NCBI RefSeq assembly: GCF_000025925.1
Contig: NC_014033.1
Coordinates: 2,160,001-2,192,000 of the forward strand
Direction: 5' to 3'
DNA length: 32,000 bases
Source of the DNA: Xylanibacter ruminicola 23
GTDB taxonomy: Bacteria > Bacteroidota > Bacteroidia > Bacteroidales > Bacteroidaceae
Both the position numbers and the translations under genes were made by a program. Every line of letters starts with the position of its first letter. Within the stretch, counting starts at the first letter, position 1. The notes below the pieces were generated by a model. It worked only from the letters and a program-made list of their open reading frames with translations, had not been told where the DNA came from and did no database searches. Below are positions 15,289 to 23,394 of the stretch, piece after piece.

Positions 15289-15991
15289 CCAAAAAGGTTT
15301 CTGCCTTTTCGATGTCGCTCGCATGGTCGATATCCAGCACCTTTGAGAAGGGGTAAGCCTTGAGCAGCAAGCCATCGGCCACCAGGGCACGCTGGAAGTT
15401 GCGCATACGACTCTCGCCACGCTCGATACAACGCTGCAATACAGGGATGGCCTTAGGTGTTAAGCCATAGATGCCACCACTGATATACTTAGGCAGCTCA
15501 CAGGTATCGAAGAAGCCTGTTATCTGCAGGGCATCGTTGGTACCCACATACAGAGGTTTCTCGTCGTCGATATAATCGGTAACGCCCATCAAGCCATCCA
15601 CCTCGCCTGTCTGTGCCAGCAACTCAAAAGTCTTGGCATAGGTAGCAAACTCTTTTTCACGGAAGATGGTATCTACGGTGGTGAGCACAAAGGGCTCGTC
15701 GGTGAGCCACTGACTCAGTTCCCAGGCACTGTGCATAGAGCTGGGGGTACTCTTCACGATAAACTTCAGGGGCACTTGCTTTGCCTCTGCTATCTCCTTC
15801 AGATGCGCAGCCACAGCCGTCATCTGTTCATTACAAATCACACATATTTCGCTGGCGCCATTGGCCATAAACACACGTATCAAACGGTCGATCAGATGTT
15901 CGCCACCCACTTCTACCAGGGGCTTTGGCGCCTGTACGCCTTCTTGTGCCAATCGCGATCCCTCGCCAGCAGCTATAATTGCATATTTCAT
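15275..15991 (-). CDS. Sugar/alcohol-phosphate nucleotidyltransferase (NTP_transferase fold; LicC/IPCT-like cytidylyltransferase candidate)
   Basis: N-terminal signature MKYAIIAAGEGSRLAQEGVQAPKPLVEVGG (G-x-G-x-R ... K-P-L). Its 238-aa length is typical of single-domain cytidylyl/uridylyltransferases. Confidence 0.85.
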   Translation of the reverse strand: MKYAIIAAGEGSRLAQEGVQAPKPLVEVGGEHLIDRLIRVFMANGASEICVICNEQMTAVAAHLKEIAEAKQVPLKFIVKSTPSSMHSAWELSQWLTDEPFVLTTVDTIFREKEFATYAKTFELLAQTGEVDGLMGVTDYIDDEKPLYVGTNDALQITGFFDTCELPKYISGGIYGLTPKAIPVLQRCIERGESRMRNFQRALVADGLLLKAYPFSKVLDIDHASDIEKAETFLDIKH

Positions 15992-16024
15992 CCTGAATCG
16001 TCAAAAATTACTAGTTTTCGGCGG

Positions 16025-16032
16025 CAAAGGTA
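16025..16032 (-). promoter_or_regulatory. -7 promoter box (TACCTTTG) for the nucleotidyltransferase-led operon
   Basis: The reverse complement of caaaggta lies 33 nt upstream of the ATG at 15991. The upstream gene ends with its own terminator at 16097-16125. Confidence 0.65.
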
Positions 16033-16096
16033 CGCATTTTTACCGAATTACGAAAACTTTGGCTATATATTTAGGTTTTATTTACTATAAAACCAT

Positions 16097-16125
16097 AAAA
16101 AAAGGTGGGGTTTTAACGCCCCACC
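16097..16125 (-). terminator. Intrinsic terminator of the DUF2807-like gene
   Basis: On the minus strand, GGTGGGG (rc of 16119-16125) pairs with CCCCACC (rc of 16104-16110) and is followed by T7 (A-run 16097-16103 on the plus strand). The hairpin includes the stop codon. Confidence 0.8.
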
Positions 16126-16889
16126 TTGAGATTATCGGTATCGATGTCGCCTGAGCCACTTTTATGTTTGTTCATGGATTGAACAGTGCCTCGGAGGTCG
16201 ATATCACCCGAGCCCATGAGCTGGGCATCGACTGAGCCACAGCCTTTTGCAAACTCTACATTCACATCACCAGAGCCACGCAGGGTGATACGGGTAGAGG
16301 CGGCATTCTGCTGGCGCAGGTTGATATCACCCGAGCCAATCAATGTCACATCAGTCTCGCGGGTATCGAGGTTGCGGATAGAGGCATCGCCTGAGCCTAC
16401 TACCTCGAGATTGCAGCGATCGCACAGCAAAGACGAGAACTGGATGTCGCCAGAGCCCTTTAAGTTGATGGTGATATTATCGGTATCCACGGTTCTCTCG
16501 CTGATAAAATCACCTGAGCCAGCCAAGGAAACAGATACGAGATCGGGTGAAGTAACGTACACAGCCAGCGTGTAATCGCCACCGAAATTGATGTTGAACA
16601 TGCCTATCTTACCACGATTGCGGATGGTGAGTTTGCCATCAGACACTTCAGTGATGATGTTATCAACAATATCCTTAGGACCTTTGACCTTGACCGAGAA
16701 CGAGTCGGCCTGCTGGTAGTAAACAGTGGGTGAGCCATACACCTCGATTCCCTCGAAACCACGTAATGAACGACTCTCGGTAACCTTTGGACCGAAATCA
16801 CCAAACTTAAACGACATATTTTCGCGACTGCAGCTGCAAGAAGTCAGCAGAAACGCAATGAAAACGAAAAATAAATACTTTATTTTCAT
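16113..16889 (-). CDS. Lipoprotein with DUF2807 / head-GIN-like beta-helical repeats
   Basis: Lipobox FLLTSCSC. Seven GSGD-initiated repeats of about 20 aa: GSGDFISE, GSGDIQFS, GSGDASIR, GSGDINLR, GSGDVNVE, GSGDIDLR, GSGDIDTD. Confidence 0.8.
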   Translation of the reverse strand: MKIKYLFFVFIAFLLTSCSCSRENMSFKFGDFGPKVTESRSLRGFEGIEVYGSPTVYYQQADSFSVKVKGPKDIVDNIITEVSDGKLTIRNRGKIGMFNINFGGDYTLAVYVTSPDLVSVSLAGSGDFISERTVDTDNITINLKGSGDIQFSSLLCDRCNLEVVGSGDASIRNLDTRETDVTLIGSGDINLRQQNAASTRITLRGSGDVNVEFAKGCGSVDAQLMGSGDIDLRGTVQSMNKHKSGSGDIDTDNLKVGR

Positions 16890-16890
16890 T

Positions 16891-16926
16891 AAACATTAAA
16901 GATTTAACATGAAACATTAAATTAAC
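16891..16926. repeat. Degenerate AATGTTT-family heptamer array directly upstream of the DUF2807-like start codon
   Basis: The minus strand reads GTTAATTT AATGTTT CATGTTA AATCTTT AATGTTT, then A and ATG. Confidence 0.75.
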
Positions 16927-16986
16927 TTTCTCTGACTGTTAGACGGAGTAAACAGCAGAAAAGTTGCAAGGGGGCGAAACTTTTTT

Positions 16987-18237
16987 TTAGCTTAATGGCA
17001 GCTCGACCCAGAAACGCGAGCCATTATCAAGCACAGAATCGACACCAATGCTACCACCTAAGCTCTCGACATGACTCTTGGCTACCGACAGGCCTAAGCC
17101 AGTGCCAGGCACATACTCATCGACCTTGAAGAAACGTTCGAAGATGCGCTCCTGATGCTCCTCGGCAATACCCTTACCTGTATCGAGCACCCACAGCAGG
17201 AGCTTGTCGCCTTGCTGCAAGTCGAAGCCCAAGGTGATAGAACCCTGTGCGGTGAACTTGACGGCATTCTGCATGAGGTTGTTGACAATCTCCTTGAACT
17301 TGGTGATATCGGTGTTCATCAGAATCTCGGGATAAGGGAACTGGGTGGCCAGAACCACGGTGCTGCCATCTACCATGGTGCGGTAGTAATCGGCAATCTC
17401 CTGCAGCACAGGCACGATATTGGTCTGCGACTTGACCAGACTCTTGGCCTCGGCCTCGACCTTCGACATGCTGACCAGTCCATCGATAATATTAAGCAGC
17501 TTATAGTTATTTTTCTGGATTTCGGAGATGAGTTGGTTACGATCCTCCTCGCTCTCAACTACCGGCAGCAAGTCGGCAAAACCTACAATGGCATTGAGCG
17601 GCGTACGGATTTCGTGACCCATGTTTGCCAGGAAAGCGGTCTTCAAGCGGTCGCTCTCCTCGGCCTTGTTACGGGCAGCAATCAGGTCGGCCTCCATCTG
17701 CTTCTGCGCATCGATACGCATAGAGGTTCCTACGATACGGGTAGGATTGCCATCCACATCGCGGGCAGCAATGGTACCATAACTCTCCTCCCAATAGTAC
17801 AGGGCACCCTTACCCAGTTTTACACGATACACCTCGTGATAAGAAGGCGAGGCACCGGTACAGATTTTATCGATGGCCATCCACACACGCTGGGCATCGG
17901 CCCTATCGATGACATTGGTGAGATCTTCGATAGGGAATTCGGGCGGACCCACCAAGCCACCTTTGTTATCACGGAAATCGGCATCTACATAAAGCATCTT
18001 GGTAGGCACATCGATATGCCACGTACTGAGCTTCATGGCCTTGAGCACAAACTCGGACTCGACATTGTTCTGGCGCACCTTTTCGAGCTCGACCAACTCG
18101 GTCTGGAGCTTACGACCAGCGCGACGCTGAACAAAAATCATGATGAACAGCCACAAGAACAACAACGCACCGCCCAACCAAAGGGCCGGAACGAGGTACG
18201 GACTTTCCGATTGCGTGTATAGTAGCAAATTATACAT
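16987..18237 (-). CDS. Membrane-anchored PAS-domain sensor histidine kinase
   Basis: N-terminal TM ALWLGGALLFLWLFIMIFV, then a PAS-like segment. H-box FLANMGHEIRTPLNAIVGF, N-box LMQNAVKFT, G1 DTGKGI, G2 GTGLGLSV. Confidence 0.9.
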   Translation of the reverse strand: MYNLLLYTQSESPYLVPALWLGGALLFLWLFIMIFVQRRAGRKLQTELVELEKVRQNNVESEFVLKAMKLSTWHIDVPTKMLYVDADFRDNKGGLVGPPEFPIEDLTNVIDRADAQRVWMAIDKICTGASPSYHEVYRVKLGKGALYYWEESYGTIAARDVDGNPTRIVGTSMRIDAQKQMEADLIAARNKAEESDRLKTAFLANMGHEIRTPLNAIVGFADLLPVVESEEDRNQLISEIQKNNYKLLNIIDGLVSMSKVEAEAKSLVKSQTNIVPVLQEIADYYRTMVDGSTVVLATQFPYPEILMNTDITKFKEIVNNLMQNAVKFTAQGSITLGFDLQQGDKLLLWVLDTGKGIAEEHQERIFERFFKVDEYVPGTGLGLSVAKSHVESLGGSIGVDSVLDNGSRFWVELPLS

Positions 18238-18259
18238 CTTGGGTTTTGAATTAATGTGG

Positions 18260-18267
18260 CAAAAGTA
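18260..18267 (-). promoter_or_regulatory. -7 promoter box (TACTTTTG) for the PAS histidine kinase
   Basis: The reverse complement of caaaagta lies 22 nt upstream of the ATG at 18237. Confidence 0.6.
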
Positions 18268-18372
18268 AGGAAATTATTTGGAAAACGAGCATTTTTTGGC
18301 CGTTTTTTATAAAAAACGAAGATTTTTTGTTAGATTAACAGTAAAAAAGCGCATTTTTGGGCGAACTTTCAT

Positions 18373-18380
18373 TACCTTTG
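18373..18380 (+). promoter_or_regulatory. -7 promoter box (TACCTTTG) for the THUMP methyltransferase operon
   Basis: TACCTTTGCAC lies 20 nt upstream of the ATG at 18401. Confidence 0.65.
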
Positions 18381-18400
18381 CACGCTGTAAACTATTAGAA

Positions 18401-19900
18401 ATGGAGCAAAAGTTTGAATTGATCGCCAAAACGTTTATGGGACTGGAACCTGTACTGGCGAAAGAGCTGACCCAAATGGGGGCTAACGATGTTGAAATCG
18501 GTAGACGAATGGTTTCGTTTACGGGTGATAAGGAAATGATGTATCGTGCCAACTTTCAGTTGCACACGGCTATCAGAATTCTGAAGCCAATACGCCATTT
18601 TAGAGCTAAGAGCGCAGACGATGTGTACGAAGAGATCAAGAAGATTGACTGGACTGAATATCTGGGTACCGACAAGACCTTTACGGTTGACTCGGTAGTC
18701 TTCTCTGAAGAATTCCGTCACTCAAAGTTTGTTTCGTATAAAGTAAAGGATGCGATTGTTGACCAATTCCGCGAGAAGACGGGCAAGCGCCCCAATATAT
18801 CGGTGGCCAACCCTGACATCCGACTGAACATGCACATTGCTGAAGACAAATGTACGCTGAGTCTCGACTCGAGCGGTGAGAGTCTGCATCGTCGTGGCTA
18901 CCGCCAGGAGAGTGTAGAGGCACCACTGAACGAGGTGCTGGCAGCTGGTATGATTCTGCTGAGCGGATGGCAGGCCGATACTGATTTTATCGACCCCATG
19001 TGTGGTAGCGGTACCCTGCTGATTGAGGCTGCCCTGATAGCCAAGAACATGGCACCAGGATTGTTCCGCAAGGAGTTTGCCTTTGAGAAGTGGCCTGACT
19101 TTGATGCCGACCTGTTTGATGAGATTTACAACGACGAGAGTCAGGAGCGTGAGTTTAACCACAAGATTTACGGCTACGACATCGACATGAAGGCTGTGAA
19201 CACCGCCCGCATGAATGTGAAGGCAGCCGGACTGAGCGATATCATCACCGTAGAGCAGCAGGACTTCAAGAACTTTACACAACCTGCCAACAAGAGCATC
19301 ATGATATCGAACCCACCTTATGGTGAGCGTATCTCGACGCCCGACCTGTTGGGTACCTACAAGATGATTGGTGAGCGACTGAAGCACCAGTTCAAGGGCA
19401 ACGACGCCTGGATACTGAGCTACCGCGAGGAGTGCTTCGACCAGATTGGTTTGAAGCCCAGCATCAAGATTCCCCTTTACAACGGCAGTCTGGAGTGCGA
19501 GTTCCGTAAGTACCAGATGTTTGACGGTAAGCTGAAGGACTTCCGCTCGGAAGGTGGCGTGGTGAAGACCGAAGAGGAGAAGCGCCAGATGGCCGAGAAG
19601 CACCGCTTTAAGAAGGAGCGCGAGTTTAAGAAGCGCCTGGAAGAGAAAGAGGAGAACGAGGAGGCCGATATTCTGAACTTTACTTTCCACAAGCACGATC
19701 TGGGTAGAAACCGCGGCGGACATGAGAGCTTTGACCGCAGTGGTAAGGACCGCAAAGAGCGTAAGGAGTTTAGCAAAGGCGACCGCAAGGAGTTTGGTAA
19801 GGGCAAGGACCATAAGGACTTTAAGCGTGGCGGCAAGCGCGACTTTAGCAAAGGCAAGGACTTTGGAAAGAAGAGGAGATTTGACGATGATGAAGATTAA
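18401..19900 (+). CDS. THUMP-domain class I SAM-dependent RNA methyltransferase (RlmL N-half/YpsC-like) with a Lys/Arg/Asp-rich C-terminal tail of about 120 aa
   Basis: ORF 18278..19900 trimmed to the ATG at 18401 (MEQKFELIAKTFMGLEPVLAKEL), downstream of the promoter box. SAM motif DPMCGSGTLLIEAA and catalytic NPPYGER. The tail contains degenerate repeats DRKEFSKG / DRKEFGKGKD / HKDFKRGGK / RDFSKGKDFGKK. Confidence 0.88.
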   Translation: MEQKFELIAKTFMGLEPVLAKELTQMGANDVEIGRRMVSFTGDKEMMYRANFQLHTAIRILKPIRHFRAKSADDVYEEIKKIDWTEYLGTDKTFTVDSVVFSEEFRHSKFVSYKVKDAIVDQFREKTGKRPNISVANPDIRLNMHIAEDKCTLSLDSSGESLHRRGYRQESVEAPLNEVLAAGMILLSGWQADTDFIDPMCGSGTLLIEAALIAKNMAPGLFRKEFAFEKWPDFDADLFDEIYNDESQEREFNHKIYGYDIDMKAVNTARMNVKAAGLSDIITVEQQDFKNFTQPANKSIMISNPPYGERISTPDLLGTYKMIGERLKHQFKGNDAWILSYREECFDQIGLKPSIKIPLYNGSLECEFRKYQMFDGKLKDFRSEGGVVKTEEEKRQMAEKHRFKKEREFKKRLEEKEENEEADILNFTFHKHDLGRNRGGHESFDRSGKDRKERKEFSKGDRKEFGKGKDHKDFKRGGKRDFSKGKDFGKKRRFDDDED

Positions 19901-22043
19901 ACTGATGGTGGCCGCACTGGCCATGATGATGACTGCCACAACCATGAGCGCTCAGGATAAGAAACTGTTTACACTCGAAGACCTGAACTTCGGCGGTAAC
20001 AACTATGCCAACCTGCGTCCACAGAACATGTGGCTGACATGGTGGGGCGAGCAGCTGATACAGCAGGATGTAGAGGCCTGCTACACCATCAACACCAAGA
20101 CAGGTAAGAAAACCCTGCTGTTTACACTCGACGACATCAACAAGTGGGCAGGCAGTGATGATACCAAGTACGTGCGCCACCTGATGAACGCCACATTCCC
20201 CTACCCCAACAAACCTATCGTGAAGTTGGGTAACAGGAAGGCGGTGATACTGCTCGACTTCAAGGCCAAGCAGATTATCTGGCAGGACAGCATAGCCGGA
20301 CAGCAGGCCTACGACTGGAACGCCACCTCGCGTGCCACAGCCTATGTGGAGAACCACCAGCTGTATGTGGTGGATGGTGCCGGTAAGAAGCACCAGCTGA
20401 GCACAGACGGCAGCCGAGAGATTGTGTACGGTCAGAGTGTGCATCGTAATGAATTCGGTATCGACAAGGGTACCTTCTGGAGCCCTGATGGTAGCAAGCT
20501 GGCTTTCTATCGCATGGACCAGAGCATGGTAACCGACTACCCACAGGTAGATATCTTCCCACGTAACGCCAGTTACGAGCCCGACAAGTACCCCATGGCT
20601 GGTATGACCAGTCATAAGGTGACCGTGGGTGTGTTTGACGTGAAGAGTGGTAAGACCGTATATCTGCAGGCTGGTGACCCAACCGACCGTTATTTCACCA
20701 ACATCAGTTGGGCTCCCGATGCCCAAACGGTGTATATGCTGGAGCTGAACCGCAAGCAGAACGACTGCCGATTGGTATCGTACGATGCCAACACAGGCGC
20801 CAAGATAGCCGAGTTGTATCGTGAGACATCGGAGAAATATGTGGAGCCACAGCACCCCATCGAGTTCCTGCCTTGGGATGCCAGCAAATTCGTGATGCAG
20901 AGTCAGAAGGATGGCTACAACCACCTGTACCTGATGGATAAGAGCGGTAAGCAGCTGAAGCAGATTACCAGTGGCAAATGGGTAGTGATGGAGGTGTTAG
21001 GCTTTAACCTGAAGGACAAAGCAGTGATTATCGCCTCGAACGAGTTGAGCCCCCTGCAGCGTAACCTCTGGGCTGTAAACATCAGCACTGGCAAGCGCAC
21101 CCTGCTGGATAACGGTAAGGGCGTGCATCGTGGTGAGCTGTCGGCAACAGGTGCCCTGTTGTTCAACAAATATCAGGAACCCACCGTTCCTAATAATATT
21201 GAAGTAACCAGCACCCACCACCCATCACCCATCACCTTATTGAAAGCCGCTGACCCCTGGGCAGCCTTCGAGCAGCCCATCTATGAGAACGGTAGCATCA
21301 AGGCCGCTGATGGCACTACCGATTTATATTATAGAATGGTGAAGCCACACGACTTTGACCCCAATAAGAAATACCCCACTGTGGTGTATGTGTATGGCGG
21401 ACCTCACGCCCACAACGTAGACGCCTCGTGGCACTGGGCCAGCAGATCGTGGGAGACCTACATGGCACAGAAGGGCTACATCTGCTTTATTATCGACAAC
21501 CGTGGCTCGGAGAATCGCGGACGTGACTTTGAGCAGGCTACCTGGCATCAGTTAGGACAGGTAGAGATGCAGGACCAGATGAAGGGTGTGGAGTTTCTGA
21601 AGCAGCAGTCATACGTGGATACAAACCGACTGGGTGTACACGGCTGGAGCTTTGGTGGATTCATGACCATCAGTCTGATGACCAACTACCCCGACGTGTT
21701 TAAGGTAGGTGTAGCAGGCGGTCCGGTGATTGACTGGAAATGGTATGAGGTGATGTATGGCGAGCGCTATATGGGTACCCCACAGGATAACCCCGAGGGT
21801 TATGCCAAGAGCAGTCTGATCAGCAAGGCCAAGAACCTGAAGGGCAAACTGCAGATTATCACGGGTTATAACGATAACACCGTGGTGCCACAGCACTGCC
21901 TGAGTTTCCTGGATGCCTGCATCAAGGCCGGCACACAGCCCGACTTCTTTGCCTACCCAGGCGAGGAGCATAACATGCGTGGTCATGCCTCAGTGCACCT
22001 GCACGAGCGCATCACCCAATATTTTGAGGATTACTTGAAATAA
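19887..22043 (+). CDS. S9B family serine peptidase (dipeptidyl-peptidase IV / prolyl tripeptidyl peptidase-like)
   Basis: ORF 19722..22043 trimmed to the ATG at 19887 (signal peptide MMKIKLMVAALAMMMTATTMSA). Beta-propeller N-domain and catalytic Ser motif HGWSFGGF, with Asp/His regions ITGYNDNTV and EEHNM. The start overlaps the methyltransferase 3' end by 14 nt. Confidence 0.88.
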   Translation: MMKIKLMVAALAMMMTATTMSAQDKKLFTLEDLNFGGNNYANLRPQNMWLTWWGEQLIQQDVEACYTINTKTGKKTLLFTLDDINKWAGSDDTKYVRHLMNATFPYPNKPIVKLGNRKAVILLDFKAKQIIWQDSIAGQQAYDWNATSRATAYVENHQLYVVDGAGKKHQLSTDGSREIVYGQSVHRNEFGIDKGTFWSPDGSKLAFYRMDQSMVTDYPQVDIFPRNASYEPDKYPMAGMTSHKVTVGVFDVKSGKTVYLQAGDPTDRYFTNISWAPDAQTVYMLELNRKQNDCRLVSYDANTGAKIAELYRETSEKYVEPQHPIEFLPWDASKFVMQSQKDGYNHLYLMDKSGKQLKQITSGKWVVMEVLGFNLKDKAVIIASNELSPLQRNLWAVNISTGKRTLLDNGKGVHRGELSATGALLFNKYQEPTVPNNIEVTSTHHPSPITLLKAADPWAAFEQPIYENGSIKAADGTTDLYYRMVKPHDFDPNKKYPTVVYVYGGPHAHNVDASWHWASRSWETYMAQKGYICFIIDNRGSENRGRDFEQATWHQLGQVEMQDQMKGVEFLKQQSYVDTNRLGVHGWSFGGFMTISLMTNYPDVFKVGVAGGPVIDWKWYEVMYGERYMGTPQDNPEGYAKSSLISKAKNLKGKLQIITGYNDNTVVPQHCLSFLDACIKAGTQPDFFAYPGEEHNMRGHASVHLHERITQYFEDYLK

Positions 22044-22044
22044 C

Positions 22045-22079
22045 AAATTGTCAAATCGTAAATAGTCAAATCGTCAAAT
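22045..22079. repeat. AAAT-anchored 7-8 bp tandem array (AAATTGTC AAATCGT AAATAGTC AAATCGTC AAAT) filling the spacer between the peptidase gene and purD
   Basis: Read directly. It runs from just after the peptidase stop up to the purD ATG at 22080. Confidence 0.85.
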
Positions 22080-23366
22080 ATGAAAATCTTACTGTTAGGA
22101 AGTGGCGGACGTGAGCACGCCTTAGCTTGGAAAATTGCTCAGAGTGATAAATGCGAAAAGCTTTACATTGCCCCAGGTAATGCCGGAACCAGCAACTGCG
22201 GAGAAAACGTAAACATGAAGGCCGACGACTTTGAGGCCATCAAGCAGTTCGTAGTTGAAAAGGGCATTCAGATGGTAGTGGTAGGTCCTGAGGATCCATT
22301 GGTAAAGGGTATCTACGACGACCTGAAGGCTGATGAGCGTACCAAGAACGTACCAGTGATCGGTCCCTCAAAGGCAGGTGCCGTGCTCGAAGGATCGAAG
22401 GATTTTGCCAAGGCCTTTATGGAGCGTCACCACATCCCCACAGCCCGCTATCAGACCTTTGATGGCGAACACCTGGAAGAGGGACTGAAATTCCTGGAGA
22501 CACTCGAAGCCCCCTATGTGCTGAAGGCTGATGGTCTGTGCGCTGGTAAGGGTGTGCTGATTCTGCCTACACTCGACGAGGCTAAGAAAGAGCTGAAGGA
22601 GATGCTGGGCGGTATGTTCGGTAATGCTTCGAGTCGCGTGGTGATCGAGGAGTTCATGAGTGGTATCGAGTGCTCGGTATTCGTGCTGACAGACGGTAAG
22701 AACTACAAAATTCTGCCCGAGGCCAAGGACTACAAGCGTATTGGCGAGCACGATACTGGTTTGAACACCGGTGGTATGGGTAGCGTGAGCCCCGTGCCTT
22801 TTGCCACTAAGGAGTGGATGCAGAAGGTAGAGGATCGCATTATCCGTCCAACCGTAGAGGGTCTGGCAGCTGATGGCATCGACTACAAGGGCTTTATCTT
22901 CTTCGGACTGATTAACCGCACCAACACCCCTAGCAAGGAGGCTGAGCCATACGTGATTGAGTATAACTGCCGTATGGGCGACCCAGAGACTGAGAGCGTG
23001 ATGCTGCGCCTGAAGAGCGACCTGGTTGACCTGTTTGAGGGTGTGGCCGAGGGGAACCTCGACCAGCGTGCCATCGCCTTTGATGAGCGTGCAGCCGTGT
23101 GCGTGATGCTGGTATCGGGTGGTTATCCACAGGAATACAAGAAGGGCTACCCCATCACAGGCATCGAGGATGTGGAGGGCAGCATTGTATTCCACGCTGG
23201 TACAGCCCTGAAGGATGGCGAAGTAGTGACCAATGGCGGACGCGTGATTGCCGTATCATCATATGGTAAGGACAAGGCCGAGGCCCTGCAGAAGTCGTTC
23301 GAGGAGGCACAGAAGATTCAGTTTACTGACAAATATTTCCGTCGTGACATCGGAGCGGACTTGTAG
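22080..23366 (+). CDS. purD: Phosphoribosylamine--glycine ligase
   Basis: Full-length match to the PurD pattern: [18 protein letters not shown], the ATP-grasp core, [17 protein letters not shown]. Confidence 0.95.
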   Translation: MKILLLGSGGREHALAWKIAQSDKCEKLYIAPGNAGTSNCGENVNMKADDFEAIKQFVVEKGIQMVVVGPEDPLVKGIYDDLKADERTKNVPVIGPSKAGAVLEGSKDFAKAFMERHHIPTARYQTFDGEHLEEGLKFLETLEAPYVLKADGLCAGKGVLILPTLDEAKKELKEMLGGMFGNASSRVVIEEFMSGIECSVFVLTDGKNYKILPEAKDYKRIGEHDTGLNTGGMGSVSPVPFATKEWMQKVEDRIIRPTVEGLAADGIDYKGFIFFGLINRTNTPSKEAEPYVIEYNCRMGDPETESVMLRLKSDLVDLFEGVAEGNLDQRAIAFDERAAVCVMLVSGGYPQEYKKGYPITGIEDVEGSIVFHAGTALKDGEVVTNGGRVIAVSSYGKDKAEALQKSFEEAQKIQFTDKYFRRDIGADL

Positions 23367-23394
23367 TGAATAGTGAAAAGTGAATAGTGAAAAG
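23364..23394. repeat. Tandem heptamers TAGTGAA TAGTGAA AAGTGAA TAGTGAA AAG at the junction of purD and the membrane-protein gene
   Basis: Read directly. The first unit contains the purD TAG stop and the fourth contains the GTG start of the next ORF. Confidence 0.9.

Noticed and set aside
12795-15991. Calling the head-group operon an inositol-lipid (phosphatidylinositol) cluster outright.
   Set aside because: No myo-inositol-phosphate synthase gene is in the window, and nothing in the four sequences identifies the head group. I kept it as an open hypothesis only.
16186-16575. A 129-aa plus-strand ORF with a repeated SPEP motif.
   Set aside because: It is the antisense image of the GSGD repeats of the DUF2807-like gene, and its periodicity is inherited from the real gene.
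18722-19945. A 407-aa ORF antisense to the THUMP methyltransferase gene.
   Set aside because: It is low-complexity and Leu/Val/Ala-rich with no recognisable motifs. It lies entirely opposite a well-supported CDS and is typical of shadow ORFs produced by codon bias.
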